In this document: positions 37,506 through 47,018 of the stretch, in pieces
Numbering within the stretch: position 1 is the stretch's first letter
Layout: every line of letters starts with the position of its first letter
Source of the DNA: Proteobacteria bacterium UBA5680
GTDB lineage: Bacteria; Pseudomonadota; Gammaproteobacteria; Arenicellales; UBA5680
NCBI GenBank assembly: GCA_002420425.1
Contig: DIIC01000009.1
Location: 21,599 to 85,598 of the forward strand
Length of the DNA stretch: 64,000 nucleotides
Reading direction: 5' to 3'
Notes under the pieces: model-generated
What the model saw: the letters and a program-made list of their open reading frames with translations, nothing else
What the model was told of the DNA's origin: nothing
Database searches by the model: none
Translations under genes and position numbers: made by a program

Positions 37506-38501
37506 ATGGTTGATGATAGGGTTGAACGATTAGCAAAGGACCTGATGTCAGGTGATCGCCGAGCTTTGGCGAGGGCAATTACCCTTATTGAATCATCACG
37601 CCAGAGTGACCGAACAGGTGCGGCAGCTCTACTGGAACAGGTTATCCCCAGTTCTGGAGAGGCCGTTCGCATCGGCATCTCTGGAGCACCAGGTGCTGGA
37701 AAGTCCACTTTTATAGAAGCGCTGGGAAATCACCTCATTGATCTTGGCCATCGACCGGCCGTTTTGACTGTCGACCCCTCATCGGTCATTAATGGAGGCT
37801 CTATTCTCGGTGACAAGACTCGAATGGAGACCCTGGCAAAGCGTGATCAGGCATTTATACGGCCTTCACCATCAGGGAGAACATTGGGAGGTGTCACCCG
37901 ACGAACCAGAGAGAGTATGTTGCTCTGTGAAGCTGCTGGCCATGATGTGGTCATTGTTGAAACTGTCGGTGTTGGTCAATCGGAGATCGCTGTTGCCGAG
38001 ATGACCGATATGTTTATTCTTCTGCTGCATCCGGCAAGTGGGGATGAGCTTCAGGGAATAAAGCGTGGGATAATGGAGATTGCCGACATGGTGCTGGTCA
38101 ATAAGGCCGATGGTGAATTGAAAATGGCAGCCTCTCGTTCAGCCCTCGAATTCAGCCGGGCTTTAAGTCTTATGCACTCCAGGGATGATGATTGGGTGGT
38201 TCCCGTGGTTACTTGCTCAGCATTAACCAAAGAAGGTGTCGATGAAGCCTGGAAGGCAGCTGAGCGCTATCTGCAGCTACAAGCATCAAGTGGAGCACGT
38301 GACAGCAGGAGAGAGAAGCAGGCAAGCAGCTGGCTCTGGGGTGAGCTTACAGAGAGTCTCTTGGATCGACTTCGTGACGATCCTGAGGTTGAGCAAGAAC
38401 TCAGACGACTTGAAGAGAATGTTGCACAACACAACCTACCGGCGAGGGTCGCCGCCGGAGAGTTGCTTGAGAAGGTGATGGGCCGTGCTAAAGAAGAGTG
38501 A
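37506..38501 (+). CDS. meaB: Methylmalonyl-CoA mutase-associated GTPase MeaB
   Basis: G.PGAGKST, VDPSS..GGSILGDKTRM, ETVGVGQSE, NKAD. Confidence 0.95.
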   Translation: MVDDRVERLAKDLMSGDRRALARAITLIESSRQSDRTGAAALLEQVIPSSGEAVRIGISGAPGAGKSTFIEALGNHLIDLGHRPAVLTVDPSSVINGGSILGDKTRMETLAKRDQAFIRPSPSGRTLGGVTRRTRESMLLCEAAGHDVVIVETVGVGQSEIAVAEMTDMFILLLHPASGDELQGIKRGIMEIADMVLVNKADGELKMAASRSALEFSRALSLMHSRDDDWVVPVVTCSALTKEGVDEAWKAAERYLQLQASSGARDSRREKQASSWLWGELTESLLDRLRDDPEVEQELRRLEENVAQHNLPARVAAGELLEKVMGRAKEE

Positions 38502-38524
38502 CTTGGGGAGCGTAAGATAGCGTT

Positions 38525-38929
38525 ATGATAGGTCGATTAAATCATGTTGCGATTGTCGTTCCTGATCTGGAAGCGGCGAGCAACTACTACCGGAATATCA
38601 TGGGGGCAGAGGTATCCTCTGCCGAAGCACTGCCAGAGCATGGGGTGATTACCGTATTCGTCGAGCTGGAGAACTCAACAATCGAACTGCTTCACCCGCT
38701 GGGAGATCACTCTCCAGTCAGCGCTTTTCTTGAGCGCAATCCGGATGGGGGCGTTCACCATCTTTGTTATCAGGTTGAGGATATAACCAGTGCCAGATTG
38801 CAACTGGAAACAAGTGGCGCACGGGTATTGGGTGACGGCAAACCCAGGATTGGAGCTCACGGGAACCCTGTGCTCTTTCTTCACCCCAAGGACTCGTTTG
38901 GGGTGTTGATTGAGCTTGAAGAGGGCTGA
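38525..38929 (+). CDS. mce: Methylmalonyl-CoA epimerase
   Basis: LNHVAIVVPDL, HGV..VF, IELL.P, GGVHHLC, GAHG.PV.FLHPKD..GVLIELE. Confidence 0.93.
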   Translation: MIGRLNHVAIVVPDLEAASNYYRNIMGAEVSSAEALPEHGVITVFVELENSTIELLHPLGDHSPVSAFLERNPDGGVHHLCYQVEDITSARLQLETSGARVLGDGKPRIGAHGNPVLFLHPKDSFGVLIELEEG

Positions 38930-38931
38930 CC

Positions 38932-39393
38932 TCAATCGTCGGTAGAGATAATTCCCTGCTCTTTGTTGATTGCGGCATGCAGGGTGTGCCAGATAAGGGT
39001 GGCGCACTTTACCCTTAATGGGTACTCCTTTACTCCAATCAGAACAGAGAGCTTTCCAAGAAGGTCCTGCTTATCATCACGCACCTGCTCTTCGGTCAGA
39101 ATCTCATGGACATGGGTAAAGAGCGTCTTGGCATCCTCAACTTTCATTCCCTTTACTGCCTCGGTCATCAGTGAGCTTGAAGCGGTTGAGATCGCACACC
39201 CCGCCCCTTCAAAGCCAATATCTTCAATCCTGCCATCGGCAATCTTCAGGTGGACATGAAACTCATCTCCACAGAGGCTATTGAAACCATGGGCAGAATG
39301 GTTCGTCCCTTCAGGTTTTATCGGATAGTTTCGAGGATTCCTGTTGTGATCCAGAATCAGATCTTCATAGAGTTCTCTTAAAGCATCGTACAT
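38932..39393 (-). CDS. SUF-system NifU/SufU-family Fe-S assembly protein
   Basis: LY..LILDH...PRN, N.LCGD, GCAIS.AS, RVKCATL.WH. Confidence 0.88.
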   Translation of the reverse strand: MYDALRELYEDLILDHNRNPRNYPIKPEGTNHSAHGFNSLCGDEFHVHLKIADGRIEDIGFEGAGCAISTASSSLMTEAVKGMKVEDAKTLFTHVHEILTEEQVRDDKQDLLGKLSVLIGVKEYPLRVKCATLIWHTLHAAINKEQGIISTDD

Positions 39394-39485
39394 GGCGGAT
39401 GGGTGTAATGTGTTGGCCGGATTTAGGGCTGAAGTCTACCGTAGAGAGTCAAGGAGTGGTCAATTATTAGTTTCTGCAATAGTTG

Positions 39486-40469
39486 TTACACAGAGAACAT
39501 GGTTATTGTTTTCTCGAGTGACTCACAGTTGATGGCTGGGTAGTGTTGAGGGGGAGATTCCTCTCCCCTGAAAGCACGCTTGACGATACCCTCCAGGTTG
39601 GGGCGCTTTTCTCCAGCACTTTCCCCTTTTCCGATCCCGCCACCAAACTCGATAAAGGTATCTACACCGTGGTCAACAGCAGCAACCAAGTTGGAGTACC
39701 ACATAACGGGGCAGAAGAGCTGCATAAACAGGCGTGAGCGAATGGCGGCAATATCTCTCTGGTGAAAGCCACCGGTAAAGTTAGAGAGAACATCAATTGA
39801 TGGGAGCTGAATCTCAGCCTCCTCCAACACCCGGCGAAAGTGGCCGGCAGCGGTTACCATGTAATAGGTATGAAAAGCCCCCTCTGTCTTGAGTCGGGCC
39901 GCTCGTTTTTTCGGAAACTGCTGCCCAACAATTTCAGTGATTGTATCAAGATCTTCACTTCGTCCACCAATGACTGTTTGCTCCTGAAGATTGCACGCAG
40001 CAACACCGCAATAGTGCTGGCCGGCGATGGGTTCGATCATCTCTCTTGCCAGTGGAAAAGCAAGCATCTCACCCTCCCCAAATTCACCCATCAGTTCCCC
40101 ACGACGTTTCACCAGTTGGAGTCCGGTCTCAAACTCAAGCGCCCCTGAAGCGACCAGTGCAGTGTATTCACCAAGACTATGGCCCCCGGCACAGTGAGGT
40201 TTTACATTTCCCCCGGTCTCTTGCTTGAAGAGCTCAAGACAGGCAATCGAGTGGGTCATCAGCACAGGCTGGGTGTTGCGTGTAAGATCAATAACACCCT
40301 CTGGATCCCTGAAAGAGAGCTCAGCGATGTCATACCCCACTGTTTTTGAAGCTCTGGAATAGATCTCTCTTACACTCTTGAACTGGTCAAAAAGATCACT
40401 CCCAATACCTCGATATTGGGAGCCCTGACCTGGAAAGAGGAACATTATTTTATTTTTCTCTGCTGCCAT
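39486..40469 (-). CDS. fabD: Malonyl-CoA:ACP transacylase (FabD family)
   Basis: FPGQGSQ, TQP, GHSLGEY, R.G.LM, GAFH. Confidence 0.85.
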   Translation of the reverse strand: MAAEKNKIMFLFPGQGSQYRGIGSDLFDQFKSVREIYSRASKTVGYDIAELSFRDPEGVIDLTRNTQPVLMTHSIACLELFKQETGGNVKPHCAGGHSLGEYTALVASGALEFETGLQLVKRRGELMGEFGEGEMLAFPLAREMIEPIAGQHYCGVAACNLQEQTVIGGRSEDLDTITEIVGQQFPKKRAARLKTEGAFHTYYMVTAAGHFRRVLEEAEIQLPSIDVLSNFTGGFHQRDIAAIRSRLFMQLFCPVMWYSNLVAAVDHGVDTFIEFGGGIGKGESAGEKRPNLEGIVKRAFRGEESPPQHYPAINCESLEKTITMFSV

Positions 40470-40734
40470 TGCGGTTCGCTCCAAAGAAGTTGATTCAACT
40501 CATAAGAGCCAAGGGATAAGAGCTGATCGATTCTGTCGGGTTGACAACAATCTCTGTCGAGCTCTGATCAATGCTCTAACAGTTGTGATTATACCGACAT
40601 ATTGAAAGTTAAGTTGCTGATGATTATTGGCGGAGGGGTGGAAAAACCGGTGTTTGGATGTGATCCCGATCACACGGTTGTTGTTCAGATTGGGCCTAAT
40701 ATCTCTTAGGAACAGTACAAAGCCAGGATCAAGA

Positions 40735-42186
40735 ATGAATGTGGTGATGGGAGAACAAGCAAAATTTACTTCACTTTTGTCTCTGTTGATTCTCTGTTGG
40801 TCGATGGGCCTTAAGGCTATGGAAACAGCTGAGGCGCACCACCTCCTGATGAGGAGTGGCTTTGGAGCAACCCCTCAGACAGTGGCAGACTTGTCAGCAC
40901 TCAGGTATGAGGAGGCGTTATCAGGGCTGCTTGCCGGCATGCGTACTACCACAAGAACATCCCCTCCAGAGTGGGTTCATCAGTTCCCCGATCAAAAGCA
41001 TCGCCAAAACAGTGAAGAGATAACAGCCGAGAAGAGGAAGTTGATCAATCAGCAGCGTCAACTCAAAAGTCTGCAGCTTAAATCCTGGTGGATCAGGGAG
41101 ATGATGCAAACTGACTCGCCACTGACCGAACGCCTCGTACTCTTCTGGCATAACCACTTTACCTCCAGTTTAAGACAGGTTCGTTGGCCGGAGCTGATCT
41201 ATCAACAAAATAAGCTGTTTCGCAAGCATCTATTAGGTAATTATCGTGAGTTTCTGGAGTCGGTTACATTTGATCCGGCAATGGTGATCTATCTGGATAG
41301 CCAGAATAACCGAGCGGGAAAGCCCAATGAGAATTATGCGAGAGAACTGCTTGAGCTCTTTACTCTGGGCGAAGGGCACTACAGTGAAGATGACATCAAG
41401 GGCGCCGCTCTTGCACTGACTGGAATATCTATCAATAGAAGGTCCGGGGATGTTCGTATTCTGCCCAGAAGACACTCTCGTGATGAGAAACATTTTTTTG
41501 GCCAGCGAGGCAATTTTGGACCCAAAGAGATTATTAATATTATTCTGGCCCAGCCTCGTGCGGCGGAGCATCTGGTCGAAAAACTCTGGCGAGAGTTTAT
41601 CTCTCCATACCCGGAGCGCTCAGAGGTGGAGCGCCTGGCAGCACTGTTTAGAGACGGTGATTATGAACTTCGACCACTAATGAAAGCGCTATTTAACTCT
41701 AAGTCATTCCGTGACCCGAATAATTATGGACAACTGATCAAGTCGCCCATCGAGATGGTGGTTGGTGCCGTTGAGTTGTTTGATCTCTCAGTTGCCCCAG
41801 AAGTACTGGTACAAGCGGTTCGAATAATGGGCCAGGATATTCTTGATCCACCAAGTGTGAAGGGCTGGCCAGGGGGAAAGGAATGGGTCAATTCACAATC
41901 TCTTGTTGAGCGTCAGAAATTTCTCCTTCAACTTGTGAGGGGAGAGTGGCTTCCAGGTGAGCAGATGCTGGTGCGAAAGGGGCTGATCGATACTCAAAGG
42001 AGAGAGCGACAGGCATCGTTATCACTTTGGGACAAGCAAATGGCCGCAGGGGTGATTTCTCTGGAGGATCTGCACTACTCTTTTCTTGGGAGTTATGCCT
42101 CCAAAGAGGGGCGGGCAGAGCTTCAATATGCCGATAGTAGAGCAGCTGAAGCCTGGCTGAATGAGATCGCCTTTCAACTGAAATAG
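40735..42186 (+). CDS. DUF1800 family protein (probable signal peptide)
   Basis: L.ERL.LFWHNHF.SS, DPAM..YLD, PNENYARELLELFTLG, PPSVKGWPGG; start codon uncertain. Confidence 0.88.
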   Translation: MNVVMGEQAKFTSLLSLLILCWSMGLKAMETAEAHHLLMRSGFGATPQTVADLSALRYEEALSGLLAGMRTTTRTSPPEWVHQFPDQKHRQNSEEITAEKRKLINQQRQLKSLQLKSWWIREMMQTDSPLTERLVLFWHNHFTSSLRQVRWPELIYQQNKLFRKHLLGNYREFLESVTFDPAMVIYLDSQNNRAGKPNENYARELLELFTLGEGHYSEDDIKGAALALTGISINRRSGDVRILPRRHSRDEKHFFGQRGNFGPKEIINIILAQPRAAEHLVEKLWREFISPYPERSEVERLAALFRDGDYELRPLMKALFNSKSFRDPNNYGQLIKSPIEMVVGAVELFDLSVAPEVLVQAVRIMGQDILDPPSVKGWPGGKEWVNSQSLVERQKFLLQLVRGEWLPGEQMLVRKGLIDTQRRERQASLSLWDKQMAAGVISLEDLHYSFLGSYASKEGRAELQYADSRAAEAWLNEIAFQLK

Positions 42187-42199
42187 AATCGGAGCAACT

Positions 42200-43360
42200 T
42201 TGGACAGACGTGATTTTATTGCCTCCTTGCTGGCATTGCCGGTTACAGGCACTGGTATTGCCGGAGCTGTTGCATCAGTCCCCCCAAGGCAGCTTGTACT
42301 GGTAGAGATGAATGGTGGGAATGATGGTCTAAATACGGTTATCCCCTACTCCAACAGTCTCTACCAACAGCTTCGCCCTACTCTTGCCGTTTCCAGGGAC
42401 CAGGTGCTACAGATTGACCGCCAGCTCGGCCTTCATCCCTCCCTCAAGGCCATTTATAAATTATTTAATTCAGGGGAGTTGGCTATTATCAATGGGGTTG
42501 GGTATCGCTCTCCAAATCGTTCACACTTCCGATCGATCGATATCTGGGATACCGCCAGCAGCAGCAATGAGTATCTCACCCAAGGGTGGCTGGGGAGTGT
42601 GCTCCCTGAACTCTCATGGCCGGTTCAATCTTCTATTGATGCGATTGTACTTGGCCGGAATCCAGGGCCTGTAACCTGGGAAGGATCACGAAGCATTGTG
42701 CTTGAGAGACTGAAGCAGCTCTCATCTCATCACACTGGTGAGGGTGCTGTTGTCCCAGAAGAGAGTGCGGGTAATCAGGCACTCATCCATCTGCAGAGGA
42801 CTAATCGGATCATCCATATGGCCAGGGGTGAGTTGACTGCTCAGCTTAAAAAAGCACCTGCTACACAGACCCCTTTCCCGAAATCAGCCCTGGGAAGGAG
42901 GTTGGAAATAGTAGCCCGAATGTTGGCTGCTGGGGTTGCAGCACCGGTTTATAAGGTCTCAGTGGGCAGTTTTGACACCCATAGCAATCAACTGATACGT
43001 CATGCTCGTCTTCTCGAAGAGTTGTCATCAGCACTTCAGGCATTTCGAAGTGAGTTACTGGTTCAGGGCAGGTGGAACGATGTACTGGTGATGACCTACA
43101 GTGAATTTGGTCGTCGAGTGAGGGAGAACGGTAGCCGAGGAACTGATCATGGAACGGCAGCGCCCCATCTCTTTCTGGGCGGACGGGTCATTGGAGGCCT
43201 TTATGGAGCGCCCCCCGACCTGGAGCATCTTGAAAGCGGGGATCTGATTCATAAAGTTGATTTTCGTTCACTCTACAATACGGTGGCTACACGATGGTGG
43301 CACATGCCACACCGCCCCTTCGGCCGTCAATACGAGCCTATCGACTGTCTTAGAAGCTAA
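42200..43360 (+). CDS. DUF1501 family protein with Tat signal
   Basis: MDRRDF twin-arginine motif, GGNDGLNT, NRSHF.S..IW, FDTH..Q, SEFGRR..EN...GTDHG. Confidence 0.9.
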   Translation: MDRRDFIASLLALPVTGTGIAGAVASVPPRQLVLVEMNGGNDGLNTVIPYSNSLYQQLRPTLAVSRDQVLQIDRQLGLHPSLKAIYKLFNSGELAIINGVGYRSPNRSHFRSIDIWDTASSSNEYLTQGWLGSVLPELSWPVQSSIDAIVLGRNPGPVTWEGSRSIVLERLKQLSSHHTGEGAVVPEESAGNQALIHLQRTNRIIHMARGELTAQLKKAPATQTPFPKSALGRRLEIVARMLAAGVAAPVYKVSVGSFDTHSNQLIRHARLLEELSSALQAFRSELLVQGRWNDVLVMTYSEFGRRVRENGSRGTDHGTAAPHLFLGGRVIGGLYGAPPDLEHLESGDLIHKVDFRSLYNTVATRWWHMPHRPFGRQYEPIDCLRS

Positions 43361-43450
43361 CCACCAATGGGTGGGCAGTGAAGGTTGTTGAGACAAAAAG
43401 GGGCCAAAGGAGTCTCTGATGAAAACGAGATTACAGGGTTAAAATTGTAT

Positions 43451-44770
43451 TCAGCTTTCAGGAACAGGGTGAAAGAGTCCATCCACTCCGAGGAATTCAG
43501 AACCATCGGCGCGATAGAAACTAAACGCCCCGGCCTCATTGAGAACCTGAATCATCTTGGGAAGAGGGCGTTTTTCTGCCAGCAAGTGATTACTGAATTC
43601 GGTTGCACCGATGGCATCCAGAATTTCAAATGGTCCTCTCTCCCAACCAAAGCCCCAGCGCATGGCCCGATCTATATTGACAATATCGTCTGCAATTTCT
43701 GGTATCAGGTCTGCAGCGTATGAGAGCGTTGTGCTCATCAGTAACCAGAAAAAGTGGCCCTGGGGGGCGGCAGAATTAATCAGTGAGCTGAGACTCTGGT
43801 CCTCAGGATCAAGAGAAATCTCTTTTGCTGTTCGCCACTCGCCTGATAGTAGATCAAACACCTCCTTGGTCTTCGAGCCATCTTCAGATTTTGTTACCCG
43901 GTAGTAGCCACCTCCACTCTTTCTCCCTAGCTGTCCATTTGTAACCATCGATATCTCTTCAGGGGGGAAAGTGGTGTAGGCTCTGCCTATATCATCATCA
44001 GGCAGATTGATCGCCAGGTTCTGGCTGACCTTATCCATAATATCGAGACCAATTAGATCTACCAGCCCATAGAGACCGGTTGCCGGAATACCTGCGGGCA
44101 GAGAGGCAATGGCATCGATAAACTCTGTATCAAGGCCCTGTTCCCGTGCTTCCCGACCCAGGTGAAGACCGGAGAGAATCCAGAAACAGCCAATTCGGTT
44201 ACCGATAAAATTAACCGTATCCTTGGCATAGACGGCACCCTTGCCAAGCTGACCACAGAACTCGCCCATCGCCTCAATAACTTCCGGTTTGGTTTTTGAC
44301 CCAGGGATCAACTCAACCAATCGCATCTGTTTGACTGGGTTGAAGAAATGAGTGACCAAAATATCCTGTCGCAATCTTTCAGGCAACCCACGGTCAATAT
44401 CTCTAAGCGGAATCCCTGAAGTATTGGTAGAGACGATAGAGCCTTCCTTTCGATGGGCCTCAATGATTTTGAAGGTATCCCTCTTGACGGCAAGGTCTTC
44501 AACAACAGCCTCACAAATCCAGTCACACATCTTCAGCAGAGGCAGCCCTTCCTGCAACTCGCCAGTAGTGATCAACTCTGCTTTTTGAGGCTCTTCTATC
44601 GCTGGAAAGCGGCCCAAGAGCATTCGTTCAACCGCCTTATCAGCGCTCTCTTTGGTGATATCAAGAAGAACAACAGGGATGTCGGCCTGGGCACAGAGGG
44701 CGGCAATACCGGCTCCCATGGTGCCGGCACCGATAACGGCGACTTTTTTAATTTGGCGATGGTGGGGCAA
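43451..44770 (-). CDS. 3-hydroxyacyl-CoA dehydrogenase family protein (FadN-like N-terminal part, no hydratase domain)
   Basis: GAGTMG.GIA, DWI.EAVVE, STNTSGIP, HFFNP, KDT.NFIGNR, ID.AM.WGFGW..GPFE. Confidence 0.85.
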   Translation of the reverse strand: MPHHRQIKKVAVIGAGTMGAGIAALCAQADIPVVLLDITKESADKAVERMLLGRFPAIEEPQKAELITTGELQEGLPLLKMCDWICEAVVEDLAVKRDTFKIIEAHRKEGSIVSTNTSGIPLRDIDRGLPERLRQDILVTHFFNPVKQMRLVELIPGSKTKPEVIEAMGEFCGQLGKGAVYAKDTVNFIGNRIGCFWILSGLHLGREAREQGLDTEFIDAIASLPAGIPATGLYGLVDLIGLDIMDKVSQNLAINLPDDDIGRAYTTFPPEEISMVTNGQLGRKSGGGYYRVTKSEDGSKTKEVFDLLSGEWRTAKEISLDPEDQSLSSLINSAAPQGHFFWLLMSTTLSYAADLIPEIADDIVNIDRAMRWGFGWERGPFEILDAIGATEFSNHLLAEKRPLPKMIQVLNEAGAFSFYRADGSEFLGVDGLFHPVPES

Positions 44771-45014
44771 GGGATAACTCCTCAGCTAAGATAAGTGCGC
44801 CTAATTCTATTCAACGTTGTCTGGCAGTGAAACCTCAGGATTGCATTTTTTTGTCATTGACGGGCAGCATCAGGAGGGTAATCCATGATAATGGATTGCC
44901 GGCTCTGTGACAGCCGGAAGGCTTGCGCTTTATGGAGGGTATGAATACTCTTAAGGTCGCTGAAGGCTCTGTTTTTAATATCATAAAGAGATCTGTGGTT
45001 TGTATTGCTTGTTA

Positions 45015-45027
45015 AATCAATGATTTA
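45015..45027 (+). promoter_or_regulatory. IHF-consensus site (AATCAA-TGAT-TTA)
   Basis: Exact match to WATCAANNNNTTR in a divergent intergenic region. Confidence 0.35.
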
Positions 45028-45123
45028 GATAATTTATGCCGTGAGCATGACCTAAGCGCCTCAGGATTATTATGTGAATAGGGGCCCTTAAGAGCGATTT
45101 TTTACTTAGATGGAGAGAGAAAA

Positions 45124-45579
45124 ATGTCATCGAGCTTAGTCGGGAAGTTATCAATCGGCCTGTTGATGTCGGTAGTTGCAACTATGCCAGCCCTTGGCGC
45201 GGGTGCAGGGAATATTGTTGGCAAATGGAAAACGATCGATGATGAGACCGGTGAACCAAAATCAATTGTCGCCATCTATGAGCAGAATGGGAAGTATTTT
45301 GGCAGGGTTGAATCTCTATTTAGAACACCGGATCAAGACCAAGACCCAGTTTGTGATCAATGTGCTGAAGATGACCCACGTCGAAACCAAAAAGTTCGTG
45401 GGATGGAGATCATTCAGAATATGGCATTCACCGGTGAACGTTGGGAGGGGGGTACTATTCTCGATCCTGCTAACGGTAAAATCTATAAATGCGAAATATG
45501 GCTGGAAAATGGAGACCTGAAGGTAAGGGGCTATATCTTCTTCCTCTTCAGAACCCAGACCTGGTATCAAGAGAGTTAG
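45124..45579 (+). CDS. DUF2147 family exported protein
   Basis: Signal peptide, G.WKTIDD.TG..KS.V, C..C, W.GG.ILDP.NGK.Y, L.VRGY...RTQTW. Confidence 0.88.
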   Translation: MSSSLVGKLSIGLLMSVVATMPALGAGAGNIVGKWKTIDDETGEPKSIVAIYEQNGKYFGRVESLFRTPDQDQDPVCDQCAEDDPRRNQKVRGMEIIQNMAFTGERWEGGTILDPANGKIYKCEIWLENGDLKVRGYIFFLFRTQTWYQES

Positions 45580-45700
45580 TTTCATCCTCTGATCAATTGA
45601 TGAGTCTGGAAGTGAACTTTGGCGAGAGAACGGCTTCAGGTGCTCTTGGCTGAAGTCCACAACGGGCCAATTCTGACAACACCTTAACAGATCACAGCCG

Positions 45701-46996
45701 ATGGCCAAGCCACGCAACTATAATTTTGACTCACTTACCCTCCATGCGGGTCAGCAACCTGATGAGGCAACAGGGGCACGTGCTACCCCCATCTACCAAA
45801 CCTCATCTTTTGTTTTTGAGAACAGTGATCAGGCTGCTGCTCTTTTTAATATAGAGCGTTCGGGGCATGTCTATTCACGAATTTCAAATCCAACCTGCGC
45901 TGTTCTTGAGGAACGTATTACTGCGCTGGAGGGCGGAATAGGCGCTATTGCCACAGCAAGTGGTCAGGCGGCAATGCACCTTGGAATCATAACCCTGTTG
46001 GGGGCAGGGGGGCATATTGTTGCTTCACGTTCCCTCTATGGTGGAAGTCATAACCTGCTCGCTTATACGCTGCCTCGTTTTGGTATTGAGACAACTTTTG
46101 TCGATCCTCGGGATCCCGCAGCTTTCTCTGCAGCCATACGTCCGGAAACCAGGTTGTTGTTTGGCGAGACCCTTGGAAACCCAGGGTTGGAAGTACTTGA
46201 CATTCCTGCTGTCTCTGCAGTTGCACATCAGGCAGGTCTGCCCCTGATGGTGGATTCAACCTTCACCACGCCTTATCTGCTTAAACCCTTTGATTTAGGG
46301 GCTGACATTGTATTTCACTCTGCAACCAAATTTCTCAGTGGCCATGGCATTGTGATTGGTGGCGTGCTGGTCGATGGGGGTTGTTTTGACTGGAGCCAAA
46401 ATGACAAATTTCCAACGCTCTCTGAACCCTACTCAGGGTTCCATGATCTGGTTTTCTCTGAAGAGTTTGGCCCCGCCGCCTTTATAACCCGGGCCAGGAA
46501 AGAGGGAGTGCGTGATTTTGGTGCCTGCATGAGCCCGACAACGGCCTTCCATGTGCTCCAGGGAGTAGAGACCCTCCCTCTGCGTATGCAGCGTCATATC
46601 GACAACTCGCGAAAGGTGGTTGAGTTTCTGAATCAACATCAAGCGGTTGAGTGGGTGAGCTACCCTGAGCTGGAAAACCATCCTGATCACCACCTGGCCC
46701 AACGGTTATTGCCCAAAGGATGTGGTGCAGTATTCAGCTTTGGCCTCACCGGTGGGAGGGCGGGAGGTATTCGGTTTATTGAGAGGCTTAAGCTCTTTTC
46801 ACACCTTGCCAATATCGGTGACGCTAAATCATTGGTCATACACCCGGCAAGCACGACCCACCATCGTATGGATGCAGAAGCACTAGAGGCCGCCGGGATA
46901 TCTGAGGGTCTGGTGAGGCTGTCGATTGGCCTTGAAGATCCAGATGACCTGATTAATGATCTCTCAAAAGGCCTCAAAGCGGCAGCTCGTCACTGA
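45701..46996 (+). CDS. O-acetylhomoserine aminocarboxypropyltransferase (MetY-like)
   Basis: PIYQTSSF, YSR..NPT, ASGQAA, HSATKF PLP-Lys, HLANIGDAKSL.IHPASTTH, RLSIGLE. Confidence 0.9.
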   Translation: MAKPRNYNFDSLTLHAGQQPDEATGARATPIYQTSSFVFENSDQAAALFNIERSGHVYSRISNPTCAVLEERITALEGGIGAIATASGQAAMHLGIITLLGAGGHIVASRSLYGGSHNLLAYTLPRFGIETTFVDPRDPAAFSAAIRPETRLLFGETLGNPGLEVLDIPAVSAVAHQAGLPLMVDSTFTTPYLLKPFDLGADIVFHSATKFLSGHGIVIGGVLVDGGCFDWSQNDKFPTLSEPYSGFHDLVFSEEFGPAAFITRARKEGVRDFGACMSPTTAFHVLQGVETLPLRMQRHIDNSRKVVEFLNQHQAVEWVSYPELENHPDHHLAQRLLPKGCGAVFSFGLTGGRAGGIRFIERLKLFSHLANIGDAKSLVIHPASTTHHRMDAEALEAAGISEGLVRLSIGLEDPDDLINDLSKGLKAAARH

Positions 46997-47018
46997 GATT
47001 TGAAGGTTGTAAAAGAGG

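Noticed and set aside
39486-40469. Methylmalonyl-specific acyltransferase linked to the pcc operon
   Set aside because: Has the GAFH malonyl-type motif, lies on the opposite strand, and no PKS is nearby
45600-45700. SAM/SAH riboswitch upstream of the metY-like gene
   Set aside because: One hairpin (CTTCAG/CTGAAG) is present, but conserved aptamer motifs are not recognisable
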